A stretch of 35,488 bases of DNA from Anaerolineae bacterium (GTDB lineage: Bacteria > Chloroflexota > Anaerolineae > Epilineales > Epilineaceae), in the NCBI GenBank assembly GCA_029262755.1, contig JAJCYU010000010.1, positions 1 to 35,488 of the forward strand, written 5' to 3'. The notes under the pieces were generated by a model, which made no database searches, was not told the DNA's origin, and saw only the letters and a list, made by a program, of their open reading frames with translations. Made by a program: the position numbers and the translations under genes. Positions 9,908-19,069 of the stretch are shown here, piece by piece; position 1 is the first letter of the stretch, and each line of letters starts with the position of its first letter.

Positions 9908-10381
9908 CTAGGTCCGCGGCGTGAAGCCCGTCCGGTTTCCAGCTTCGCGGGCCACGTGATCGGCGAAGGCACGGTCGCCGCTCGCCAGCGGCACCCCGTC
10001 CCACTCGGTGGGCGCGAGCCATCGAATCGCGGCATGCTCCAACGCGACCGGTTCTCCTGTGACGGAAACCGAGACGAAGTGGAGTCGATAGGCACCATCG
10101 GCGGTGTCGTAGACGAATCGCTCCGGGCCATACGCATCCATGGCAACCCCGAGCTCTTCCTCGAGTTCGCGTGCCATCGCCTCGGGCCGTGACTCACCGG
10201 GTGTGACCTTGCCACCGGGGAACTCCCACAATCCGGCCAATTGGACGCCTGCCTGGCGTTGACAGACCAGGTATCGACCGTCGCGCTCAATCACGGCAGC
10301 CACGACGTCGATCGTCACGGTCGGGCCGTCGGGAGCGCCGGAAGCAAAAGTGCTGCCGCGGTCCCCGGTGCCGTCCCCCAT
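9908..10381 (-). CDS. NUDIX hydrolase, MutT/NudG-like (d)NTP pyrophosphohydrolase
   Basis: VVAAVIERDGRYLVCQR, then GLWEFPGGKVTPGESRPEAMARELEEELG (Nudix box). Start is either ATG 10381, 2 nt after the upstream stop, or GTG 10318. Confidence 0.9.
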   Translation of the reverse strand: MGDGTGDRGSTFASGAPDGPTVTIDVVAAVIERDGRYLVCQRQAGVQLAGLWEFPGGKVTPGESRPEAMARELEEELGVAMDAYGPERFVYDTADGAYRLHFVSVSVTGEPVALEHAAIRWLAPTEWDGVPLASGDRAFADHVAREAGNRTGFTPRT

Positions 10382-10383
10382 TC

Positions 10384-13300
10384 CTAGCGACCCCGCACGA
10401 CGAACGGCAGCATCGCACGGCAGCGCGGATCGTCCGCAGCGCAGTCGCGCGCGGCAAGGGTCGGTGTCGGGCTCGGTGCAACCGGCGTCGGCTCGATGGG
10501 CGTGGCGCTTGGGGGTGTCGGGATCCCACGGGTCGGGGTTGCGGTGGGCGTCGTACTCGTCGCCGGCGCCGTCGTCGGCGTTGCGGACACCCGGGGCGTC
10601 GCGGACGCAATCGGCGTGGCCGTGGCAGGTTCCGGCGGCTTGTCGAGATAGCGCGCGGCACCGCGATCCCACGTTCCGACCCACATGGCGCCGCCCTCGC
10701 CACCGGCCGCCCCACCGCCGCCCTCTGGCGCATCGAGCTCGGGCTCCAAGGCAAGGATCGTAATCTGGTTGGTCGGGAGCCCGGTGTTGGCGGGTATCAG
10801 TTCATGCCACGACTCCCCGTCCCACAACTTGATGCCGCCAAGCGCGGGAATCGAGCCTTGGTTGAAGCGATGGGTGCCGGCCCACACGCGGCCCCGTGCG
10901 TCCAACGCTAGGCTGCTGACGAGCCCCTCATCTTCCCAGCTTTCATGGGCCCAGCCAACCGGAATGCACTGATCGATCGGGCACCAGTTGACGACCGCGT
11001 CGGCGCCGCGGCCCGATGGCCAGTGAACCGTCCGAGGCGAGCCGTCCCATCCACCCGCCCAGATCCGATCGTTGGCCCGATCGGCCAGCACGCTGTAGAA
11101 GACACCCCAATCGCCGGCTGCGGTGAGCCGGGAACGGCTGTCGCGCTTGGTCCACGATTGCCAAGCCTCGCCGTCATAGCGCGAGATCCCACCGCCGGCA
11201 TTGACGATCTCGTCCGGTTGCCCCGGTCGTTGTACGCGCCGCTCGACGGGCAGGTGGGCGCTCCACATATCGCCCTTGAGGGGATCGACGGAGAGATCCG
11301 CCACACCGTTGCCTGCCGGCATGTTGATGCTGATCTGATGTACCTCCCAACCGCCTGTTGCCGGATCGTGCACGGCCATGCCGATACCGGATGCGATCAG
11401 GTCGCTGACGCCGAGCCAAACACGTCCGGCCAAATCCACCTCCACGGTGGCGACGTCGAACTGCTCGAGGGGGCTGTCCGCCGGCTGATACACCCGCCAC
11501 GCCCCCGTCTCCGGGTCCCTGCCGCCGACGCCGCCCTCGAACCAGCAGTCGACGAGGGGCTCGCAACTGCCGTCGAGTCCCGCTGCCTGAAACCGGTCCT
11601 TGAAGGCTCCTGCCCAAACGCCACCGTCGCCGCGCACCGCAATCTGACTCGCGCGGTCGCCCGCTGGACCACGGGAGAGCCGTATGATCGGGGCGTCCAG
11701 CGGCGCGTTTCGCACCAGGGGCGGTGCTACTTCCAGCCAGGGCCCAAGCCCGGATCGCTCAGGGATGTAGCTCTCGACCCGATAGAGCGTCGCATCATCC
11801 CCAACGCGAATCCAACGTTCGGGACCAGGCAGCGCGGCTTCGAAGGCCGCCATGTCTGGCAGGTTTACCTGCAGCCGCTCCAAGGAAGCACCGGAAGCGC
11901 GCGTTGTCCGTGCGACGATGCCTTGGGGGATGAAGGCGCGCTCATGGACCCACGTGCCTGTGTCATGCTCTAGTCGTGCGAGGCCGCGGCGGGCTGTAGC
12001 GAACCAGGTGGTGTTGCGCGCCGTGTCATGCGCAATGCCCTTGATTTGGTTGCTTGGCAGACCGCGCTCCGCCGTACGACGCGTATTCCAGGTAGGCGTT
12101 ATCAGGTCGGAGGCCATCAGCCGCAGCCCATCGCCGTCGCCGCGCAGCTCGTCCGTGGTGCCGAGCGCAATCGAAACGGCCTGGGATACGTCCAGCGCCG
12201 AAACGAGCAATGGCGTGGCACCGGGAACATTGTCGATGTCGTAATGCTGCCATTCGTCGTCGCTGTTCCAGGGCGTAAGGCTGGAAGACGAGTCACCGAA
12301 CGTGCCCTTCGTGTCGAGACGAGCCAGGCCAAGCCCCTGGTCAAGCCCCTGGCCTTGTGCGGCCCAGACACGCCCCTGTGCGTCCAATGAGACCGCGCGC
12401 ACGACGTTGCCCCGCAAGCCGGCTTGCTCGGGATCGCGCGGGCGCGTGTAGAAGGCCTGTCCGGACTCGCAACTCAAGGTCTGGGTATAGCCGCTCAGCA
12501 TCAAGATGCCGCGTCCGAAGGTGCCCGCCCACACCCGGCCTTCACGTCCTGCGGCCAAGTCCAGGATGTTCTCGCTGTAGCAACTCGTGTCGGCATCGCG
12601 CGTCGGCCGCCACGAGCGCCAGACGTCATCTCGCATCGCGGCAATACCACCGCCGCCGAGCATCCAATAGCTTGGATCTTCCAAACACGGCGTCTCGCTG
12701 CAGGACGCCGTGTCCCACAGGAAGTACGGACGCGTTGCAACCCAAAGGACGCCGTCCTCCGCGATCACGAGGTCGGTGACGTTGTCGGATGGCACGCCCT
12801 CGAAGCGCAATTCCAAGTCCGGATCGGAGGGCGCAGGATCCTTCACCACAGCCGGCGCATGATCCGACCACGTGCCGTCCACGGGGTAATAGCGCGCAAC
12901 GCCGCCTGGCGTGAACGCACCGGGTGGACCGCCACGGTCTTCGAGCGGATGCGCACGGGCGGGGTCCCAGATTTGCTCGAAACCCACCCACACGGAGCCG
13001 TCTGCCGCGAGCGCAACCGCGCTAACGCTCGAAGCGGGCATGCCGGGCGAGGTCTGCGGGTGCAGTACGTCGCGCACGCGCTCTGCGTCCGTGTCGAAGC
13101 GAACGAGGCCGGCGGCCGTGGCCAGCCAAAGATTGCCGTCCGCGCCCAGCGCGAGCCCGCGGATGTCGTTGCTCGGCAATCCGTCCTGTGGCGAAAGCCA
13201 CTGCCGCGACGCGCGCTCGCCGGCGTGCCAACGGACGAGGCCGCCGCCCACCGTCGCGGACCAGATCGCCTCGCCGTCGCGGACAATAGACGCCACGCGA

Positions 13301-13668
13301 TCGCCGTTGCCGACCGACGTCCATGTACCGGTGAGCGGGGACGTCGGCGGACCCGACTGCATCGCGTCGGCGAGGCCCGCTGCACGGAGAATCGCGGGTG
13401 GCGCACCGAGTTCACGCGCGAATCGTGGAGCCGCGGATGTGAACAAAGTGAGGGCCGTCGCGCTGCCCGCCAGGAGCAAGCCTGCGATCCAAATCGCGCG
13501 CAATCCGTGCGTGTAGGCGGCCATCGACCTTCGGCGAGACGATTCGTCGCCGTGTGGCCGGGCGGAATCGCTGGCTACGGTCACGTCCGCGCTTGCGACG
13601 CGGACCGTTCCCGGCTCAATCGTGGGGAGCGACGGCTGGGGCCCTGCCGCGGATTGCGGTGGCGTCAC
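10384..13668 (-). CDS. Large exported beta-propeller protein (two-component-regulator-propeller-like repeats) with a Pro/Thr-rich C-terminal linker
   Basis: Repeated GLPSN.I..LA...DG.LW.AT..GL motifs. Hydrophobic segment IWIAGLLLAGSATALTLF. PATATPIASATPRVSATPT... linker. Ends RAMLPFVVRGR. Start is GTG 13668 (GGAG upstream) or ATG 13524. Confidence 0.8.
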   Translation of the reverse strand: MTPPQSAAGPQPSLPTIEPGTVRVASADVTVASDSARPHGDESSRRRSMAAYTHGLRAIWIAGLLLAGSATALTLFTSAAPRFARELGAPPAILRAAGLADAMQSGPPTSPLTGTWTSVGNGDRVASIVRDGEAIWSATVGGGLVRWHAGERASRQWLSPQDGLPSNDIRGLALGADGNLWLATAAGLVRFDTDAERVRDVLHPQTSPGMPASSVSAVALAADGSVWVGFEQIWDPARAHPLEDRGGPPGAFTPGGVARYYPVDGTWSDHAPAVVKDPAPSDPDLELRFEGVPSDNVTDLVIAEDGVLWVATRPYFLWDTASCSETPCLEDPSYWMLGGGGIAAMRDDVWRSWRPTRDADTSCYSENILDLAAGREGRVWAGTFGRGILMLSGYTQTLSCESGQAFYTRPRDPEQAGLRGNVVRAVSLDAQGRVWAAQGQGLDQGLGLARLDTKGTFGDSSSSLTPWNSDDEWQHYDIDNVPGATPLLVSALDVSQAVSIALGTTDELRGDGDGLRLMASDLITPTWNTRRTAERGLPSNQIKGIAHDTARNTTWFATARRGLARLEHDTGTWVHERAFIPQGIVARTTRASGASLERLQVNLPDMAAFEAALPGPERWIRVGDDATLYRVESYIPERSGLGPWLEVAPPLVRNAPLDAPIIRLSRGPAGDRASQIAVRGDGGVWAGAFKDRFQAAGLDGSCEPLVDCWFEGGVGGRDPETGAWRVYQPADSPLEQFDVATVEVDLAGRVWLGVSDLIASGIGMAVHDPATGGWEVHQISINMPAGNGVADLSVDPLKGDMWSAHLPVERRVQRPGQPDEIVNAGGGISRYDGEAWQSWTKRDSRSRLTAAGDWGVFYSVLADRANDRIWAGGWDGSPRTVHWPSGRGADAVVNWCPIDQCIPVGWAHESWEDEGLVSSLALDARGRVWAGTHRFNQGSIPALGGIKLWDGESWHELIPANTGLPTNQITILALEPELDAPEGGGGAAGGEGGAMWVGTWDRGAARYLDKPPEPATATPIASATPRVSATPTTAPATSTTPTATPTRGIPTPPSATPIEPTPVAPSPTPTLAARDCAADDPRCRAMLPFVVRGR

Positions 13669-13908
13669 GGTGCTCCGGCCTTTGGTTGGGGGAGAGCCGG
13701 CATTTGGCCGGTACCGGGGAGGATCGCGCAAGGCTAGCCGATCGGCGGAAGCGCGACAAAGCATTGAGGCGCCACTACAGAGGTCGTTGCGGGCTGAATT
13801 CGCGATACGCACGCTCCGGTGTCGCTCGGCTCCACAACCATTCCGCCGGCTTCCTTGCGCCAGAGCAATCCGCGCGAGGGCGCCGTCGAATTTCTGGTTG
13901 TCAGCGCG

Positions 13909-15687
13909 CTACTCTGCTCCGGAACCCGTGTCGTAGGCCGCCCAGCGGACCGGAAGCCACATTCGGGCGTACTCATGCTCCGTGCGGCGGTGCCAGCTCT
14001 CATCGGCTTTCTCGCTCAAGTAGTCCGGATCAAAGGGAAACCGTGGTTTCGGCCGTTCAAGGAACCATACCGTCGGCGCATGGTCGGCCAGGGCGCGCAG
14101 ACGCCTAGCCGCATCCTGTTCGGCTTCGCCGTAGCGCGGAATGCCAAGCCAGGTCTGCGTGCCGCCCGCGCGGCGATACTCGTAGGCGAAGGCGAATTGG
14201 ATCAACGGATCGTGCACGACGATAACGTCTGGTGCCGTGACCTCGCGGGCGAAGAAGTGTGCGGCTGCCCGCACATCGTCCTTGACATAATCCTCGCCGT
14301 GAAACTGGCGGGTGAGTTGCCGCGCTATGCTCCGCGATGCCGGCAATCCGATCCCAAGGGCCAACATGGCGCCGATCAGTATCGGCAATCGAGATGGCGC
14401 GGGCACGAAAGAGGACGCCCCAAGCGGGTTCGGGACCGGGGATGCCTGCGCCTCGGTAGAGCGACGTCGAGACGCGAACGTGCGGGTGCCCATACGGCCC
14501 AAGGCAGGGGCGAGCTGCGGGGGCAGCGAGAGGTTCCACAGCGCACCGATCCCCGCACCGGCGAGCAGGACGAAACCGGGGAACGCGACGAGCAGGTGGC
14601 GTGGCCCGTTGTAGATGGGGCGTAGCGACGAGAGCGCCGCGATCAGAACCAAGGGGAGCACGAGCATCGTCGTCGCCAGCGACGCGGCGCGACGCGCGGG
14701 TGGGTGCGCCCACACGGCCACGAGGCCCACCACCGCAAGCGCGACAAGCGGCCAGGAATCCGAGATCGAGTGGCGCAGCGTCGGCGATATGCCCACCGCG
14801 AAGGCATCCATAGCATGGCGCGCGATGGTCGCCCACGATACCGCTTCGAAGTCGATCTGCACGGGAGCCCGGAAGTACGACCATGCGCGGGGAGCCAGGG
14901 GCACGGCGAGCAGGGCGGCGACGGCTAGCAGCGCGGCCGACCGACGCAACCGTCGCGCCGTTGTTGCCGTCCCCGCCCGTCTCGCCACGGATTCGTCGTC
15001 CGCCGCAACACGGATCTCCCGTGCTGCGCTGTCCGGCCCAAGCCACGTCGAGGCGGCCAACCAAGAAACGTGGGCCGCGAGAGCCAGCAGCGCGAAGGCG
15101 TGGCTCGCGATCGAGATGCCCCACAGTCCGGTCCACGCCAGCCACCATCCTGTCCGCCGGCTGTCGGCCCGATCGGCCACATGGGCCAGCGCCCATGTCG
15201 TCGCCAGGATCGCCGCGATGAGGAGCGAATAGTTGCGCATCTCCTGGCTGTACCAGACGTGAATCGGCGACACCGTGAGCACGAGCGCCGCGCCGATGCC
15301 CGCTCGTCGCCCGAACCATGCGCGTCCCGCGCGCCACGCCAACGGCACACTCAACGCGCCGAGCAGCGCGCCGAGCCAGCGCAGCGCGAAGAGCCCTTCG
15401 CCGGCGAAGTGTCGTACGAGTGCCAGCAGGAGAAAATAGCCGGGCGGCGTCAGATCGCGAGTTGTTACACCGTCCACGACGATCGTATTAGCCAGAATGT
15501 CGCGCCAAGGCAGCGCCGCGCGGTACACGCTCAGGCCCTCGTCGCTCCAAAGCGATTGCGCCTCGATGCGGTATAGGCGGAGCGCGAAGGCAAGCGCGGT
15601 GAGCAACGCGATGAGCAGGGTCGCTGTCCATGTGACGTCCGGTCGACCCTCCTGGCGGGCGATCGCGGACGTTCGGGCGCCGCTCAC
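13909..15687 (-). CDS. Polytopic GT-C glycosyltransferase (GT39/GT83, PMT_2-like)
   Basis: TM1 followed by SLWSDEGLS (DE motif), PPGYFLLL, SPIHVWYSQEMRNYSL and many TM helices. GTG start overlaps the upstream TGA (GTGA). Confidence 0.85.
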   Translation of the reverse strand: MSGARTSAIARQEGRPDVTWTATLLIALLTALAFALRLYRIEAQSLWSDEGLSVYRAALPWRDILANTIVVDGVTTRDLTPPGYFLLLALVRHFAGEGLFALRWLGALLGALSVPLAWRAGRAWFGRRAGIGAALVLTVSPIHVWYSQEMRNYSLLIAAILATTWALAHVADRADSRRTGWWLAWTGLWGISIASHAFALLALAAHVSWLAASTWLGPDSAAREIRVAADDESVARRAGTATTARRLRRSAALLAVAALLAVPLAPRAWSYFRAPVQIDFEAVSWATIARHAMDAFAVGISPTLRHSISDSWPLVALAVVGLVAVWAHPPARRAASLATTMLVLPLVLIAALSSLRPIYNGPRHLLVAFPGFVLLAGAGIGALWNLSLPPQLAPALGRMGTRTFASRRRSTEAQASPVPNPLGASSFVPAPSRLPILIGAMLALGIGLPASRSIARQLTRQFHGEDYVKDDVRAAAHFFAREVTAPDVIVVHDPLIQFAFAYEYRRAGGTQTWLGIPRYGEAEQDAARRLRALADHAPTVWFLERPKPRFPFDPDYLSEKADESWHRRTEHEYARMWLPVRWAAYDTGSGAE

Positions 15688-18275
15688 GGCTTGCGACCCG
15701 CTACGGCGGCCGCTGACGCGCTCGCGGAATTTGGGCGCGTAGAGACGGGTTGTAGCCCCGATACGAGGGACGACCTGGGTTCAAGCAGGGGGAATGCGCC
15801 GGCCCGCCCCCCCGCAGTCCCGGTTCGATTGCGTCCCGACTCGCAGGAAGCAATCTCCACGGTTGCAGGTAGCCGGACTGCGTCGAGCACCGGAGATTCC
15901 GCGTCCACGACGACGTCCGCGCGCACGCCGTCCGACAGCCGGTACATGCCGGTGACGAGCGCGTATGCCCCGGGCGCAAGCGCCCCATCCAACGTGAGGG
16001 TTCTGCGATCGAGAACCTGCTCGAACGGAGACCACAGGGACGTCGGGTATGGGGCGCCGTTGGCATCGTGAACGGAGCCGTCCGCTTGGGCGAGCGGCGC
16101 CGCCGGTGCGCCGGGCCATCGGCGCAGATGCAGCAAGACCTGCAGATCGAGGGGAGGCGCTGCATTGCCCGCTCTCCAGAGCAGACGCACCTCGATCTCG
16201 CTTCCCGCGCAGACCGGGCCCTCCGGCAGCGCATAGCCTACGAGCGTGATCGCATCATCGCAGCCCTCGGCCGTCTCGGATCGCTCCACGACGCCCCGTG
16301 CTCCACGGCGTGCTCCCACGTCGTTGCCGCCGCGGTCGTCCGCGCAGGTTGCGCGCAGCGGTGTCATATCCAACCCCGGCGGATCGTCGAAGACGGTAAG
16401 TCCGGCTTCGATGGGTCGCTGTGTCCAGCCCAGTGCATCCGGTTCGACCTTGACACGGGTCACGAATCCCGCGCCGACGGCGTTGCCCGCGGTGTCCGTC
16501 GCGGGCAGTCGGTCGAGGGTCGCGGGGTCGAAGAGGCCGACGGCCACGTCGTATACGGCCGGTGCGCGCACGTCCTCGCCGATCTGGACGTCGACGGTCT
16601 CGCAGAAAGCGGCGCCGGGTTCCCACGCGCGTGTCGATGCGTTGCCGTCGGCGGGCACGGAGTGGTAGCTTGCGACGAGCGCGTCGTCGGGACCGACCAA
16701 GTGCACGAGCACATGGACGTCCTTCGGGGTCCTGCGCAGGGGGCGCCAACAGACGGCCACGCGCCAAGCCGAGTCTACGGAGACACGCGATGTCTCCGGG
16801 CGAACGCTCAGCAGCTCCGCCACATCCCCGATCCGCCAGCCGACGGGATCCGGCAGTGTCTCAGTTTGTTGGGCGGAAAGCGTTGTCGGTGGCAGGAGAG
16901 CCGGACGGATCGCGCTCGATGGCGCGGAAATGGACCACATAGCCAACGCGGTCGCCGCGAGCAGCGCCAGGCGCGCTCGGGGCAGCACTGCGTGCAGACC
17001 GAGCGCAAGCAACACCGAGATCGAACCCGCGGCCGGAAAGAGCAGGCGGCCCCAATGGGCGCGCACCACCTGCATCCAGCCCACCAACGCTACGAGGACC
17101 GCGACGGCGAATGCCGCGAGCATGAGGACGGTGCGGACTCGTGGATCGCGTAGCCAGGCCGCGGCGCGCGTGAGCAGTCCTTGCGAATCAGCTTGCATCC
17201 AGCCTGAGCGAATCGAACGCCACCCGCCGTAGACCAGCCCCATCCCCGCCAAGAGACACACGGCGAAGACGACGCGATACACGGGGTCCGGCCAGCGGAT
17301 CGTGCCCCAACCAAAGGCCGCCCAATAGCTGAGAAAGAGCAGCCACGGTTCACCGTCTTCAACGAGCTTCGCGAGATCGGCCGGCACCTCGCGCGCCCAC
17401 GGCATGGCCAGATGCAGTTCGCTGCCGATAAAGGTGCCGTAGCCGAGCAGGTTGCGCGCGTACCACCAGCCACCCACGAGGCCAGCCGCAGCCAAGACGA
17501 TCGCCCCAAGACGCAACGCCGAGCGCAAGGGGGCCGTGAGGCCGGTGGACAGCGCCGCTAGCGCGACGATCGGTACGAGGGCAAGGGCACTGCTCTTGGT
17601 CAGAAGCGCCGCGCCGAGGGCAAGGCCGCACAGCAACGCGTTGCGGTCGCCCGGCGCTCGTAGCAAGACCGCGGCGCGCCACAGCGCTACCGTGCACGCG
17701 GCGGCGGCGGTTGTGTCGTTGCTCGCGGCGCCGGATAGGAACGCGAATTGGGGCGTGAAGGCCAAGACGGCAGCGGCGGCAAGCGCGACGTCCAGGCGAT
17801 GAGGCACGATGGTGGCGTCGAGTTGATACGTCGCCCAGTCTGCCACGACGGCCATGAGCGCCGCGATGAGACGCGCCGCCAGGAGCCCGCGCATCAGAGG
17901 CGAGCCGAAGGGGGCGTCCCACGGTCCGTGCAAGGCGTAGTTGTGGTTGCGCGCCTCAAGCCCGACGCCGCCCCAGCGCCCCGGATTCTCAACGAATGCG
18001 GTGTCCATGTCCGAGGTAGAGAAGGGCGCGGATGCGATCGCCGCGAGCACGTAGTACAGCGGCGGTTGGCTGGCTTCTTGGTTGACCCAGGTCTCCAGCA
18101 TGTCAACGGTTGGAGGAGGCAGCCGCTGCTCCGTCTTAAGCCATGTGACATAGCCAAGATGCCAAGGCTCATCCGGCGCTTCCCATGCCGGGGTCAGCCA
18201 CGCGAATGTGAGTGCAAGGGCGCTTTGGACGAGCAAGACGAAGAACAGCCCGCGCCGCGCCCCGGCGTCACTCAC
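15684..18275 (-). CDS. Polytopic GT-C glycosyltransferase-like membrane protein (GT39/DUF2142-like) with two C-terminal extracytoplasmic beta domains
   Basis: TM1 followed by PAWEAPDEPWH.GY, QPPLYY, SNDT, ALLTKSS, WWYARNL..YG. The C-terminal part has two 'V.L.W......D..V..HL....W.PG/E....G.Y....G.Y' modules. GTG start at 18275 overlaps the HD gene TGA. Confidence 0.8.
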   Translation of the reverse strand: MSDAGARRGLFFVLLVQSALALTFAWLTPAWEAPDEPWHLGYVTWLKTEQRLPPPTVDMLETWVNQEASQPPLYYVLAAIASAPFSTSDMDTAFVENPGRWGGVGLEARNHNYALHGPWDAPFGSPLMRGLLAARLIAALMAVVADWATYQLDATIVPHRLDVALAAAAVLAFTPQFAFLSGAASNDTTAAAACTVALWRAAVLLRAPGDRNALLCGLALGAALLTKSSALALVPIVALAALSTGLTAPLRSALRLGAIVLAAAGLVGGWWYARNLLGYGTFIGSELHLAMPWAREVPADLAKLVEDGEPWLLFLSYWAAFGWGTIRWPDPVYRVVFAVCLLAGMGLVYGGWRSIRSGWMQADSQGLLTRAAAWLRDPRVRTVLMLAAFAVAVLVALVGWMQVVRAHWGRLLFPAAGSISVLLALGLHAVLPRARLALLAATALAMWSISAPSSAIRPALLPPTTLSAQQTETLPDPVGWRIGDVAELLSVRPETSRVSVDSAWRVAVCWRPLRRTPKDVHVLVHLVGPDDALVASYHSVPADGNASTRAWEPGAAFCETVDVQIGEDVRAPAVYDVAVGLFDPATLDRLPATDTAGNAVGAGFVTRVKVEPDALGWTQRPIEAGLTVFDDPPGLDMTPLRATCADDRGGNDVGARRGARGVVERSETAEGCDDAITLVGYALPEGPVCAGSEIEVRLLWRAGNAAPPLDLQVLLHLRRWPGAPAAPLAQADGSVHDANGAPYPTSLWSPFEQVLDRRTLTLDGALAPGAYALVTGMYRLSDGVRADVVVDAESPVLDAVRLPATVEIASCESGRNRTGTAGGRAGAFPLLEPRSSLVSGLQPVSTRPNSASASAAAVAGRKP

Positions 18276-19069
18276 GCGCCGATACCGTCCCCAGACACGC
18301 CCTCTGCACCGGGCGCGTCGTCCATCGGACCCGGCCGATCTCCTTGGATGTCGCTCTGCGGTGCCGACTCGAGAAAGCCCCGCTGTTCGGCTACGTCGAT
18401 CAGCGCCGTCGTCACCGCTCCGAGGCTCCCTGAGCCCCGTGCTACATCGCGGTTGGCCAGACGTACGCGGTCGGCCGTGACGCCATAGTGGCGCCACTGG
18501 CTGCCGGCCGTGAGCAGGTTGTGCAACAAAGGCTGAATCCGGTCCACGGCGCCGGCAAAGCGAGCCTCCGGACTCTCCTTGGCCTCAAACTCGTCCCAGA
18601 GCGCGCGCAGCTCAGCGCCTTGATCGGCGGGCAAGAGGCCGAAGATGCGCTCGGCGGCCGCCGTCTCCCTGGCTTCCTTGTCCTGGTAGCCGACCGTGTC
18701 GTACAAGAAGGTGTCGCCGGCATCGATCTCGACGAGGTCGTGCACGAGCAACATGCGCAGCACGCGGCCGGCATCGAGCGAAGAGCCTTGCGCATCCGAG
18801 GCGTCGTTCGGCGCTCCCTCTGCTGCCGCGCCGCTGCCATGCGCGCCGGCATGTTCGAGTAGCACCATCGCCATCAAGGCCTGATGCCACGAATGCTCGG
18901 CGCTGTTCTCGCGACGGGAACCGTCCACGAGCAAGTTCCGTCGCTGGATCGACTTCAGCCGATCGATCTCCACCACGAAGCGCAGTTGATCCCGCAATCG
19001 AGGGTCCTCGACGAGGAGCTGGAGCACTTCATCCACGTCGGGTGCGTGGAGCCGCGGCTCAGCCTTCAC
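18272..19069 (-). CDS. HD-domain phosphohydrolase (HD_3, YfbR/HDDC2-like putative 5'-deoxynucleotidase)
   Basis: EIDRLKSIQRR, RRENSAEHSWH, MLLVHDLVEIDAGD, LWDEFEA.ESPEARFA.AVDR.QP. Confidence 0.88.
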   Translation of the reverse strand: MKAEPRLHAPDVDEVLQLLVEDPRLRDQLRFVVEIDRLKSIQRRNLLVDGSRRENSAEHSWHQALMAMVLLEHAGAHGSGAAAEGAPNDASDAQGSSLDAGRVLRMLLVHDLVEIDAGDTFLYDTVGYQDKEARETAAAERIFGLLPADQGAELRALWDEFEAKESPEARFAGAVDRIQPLLHNLLTAGSQWRHYGVTADRVRLANRDVARGSGSLGAVTTALIDVAEQRGFLESAPQSDIQGDRPGPMDDAPGAEGVSGDGIGA

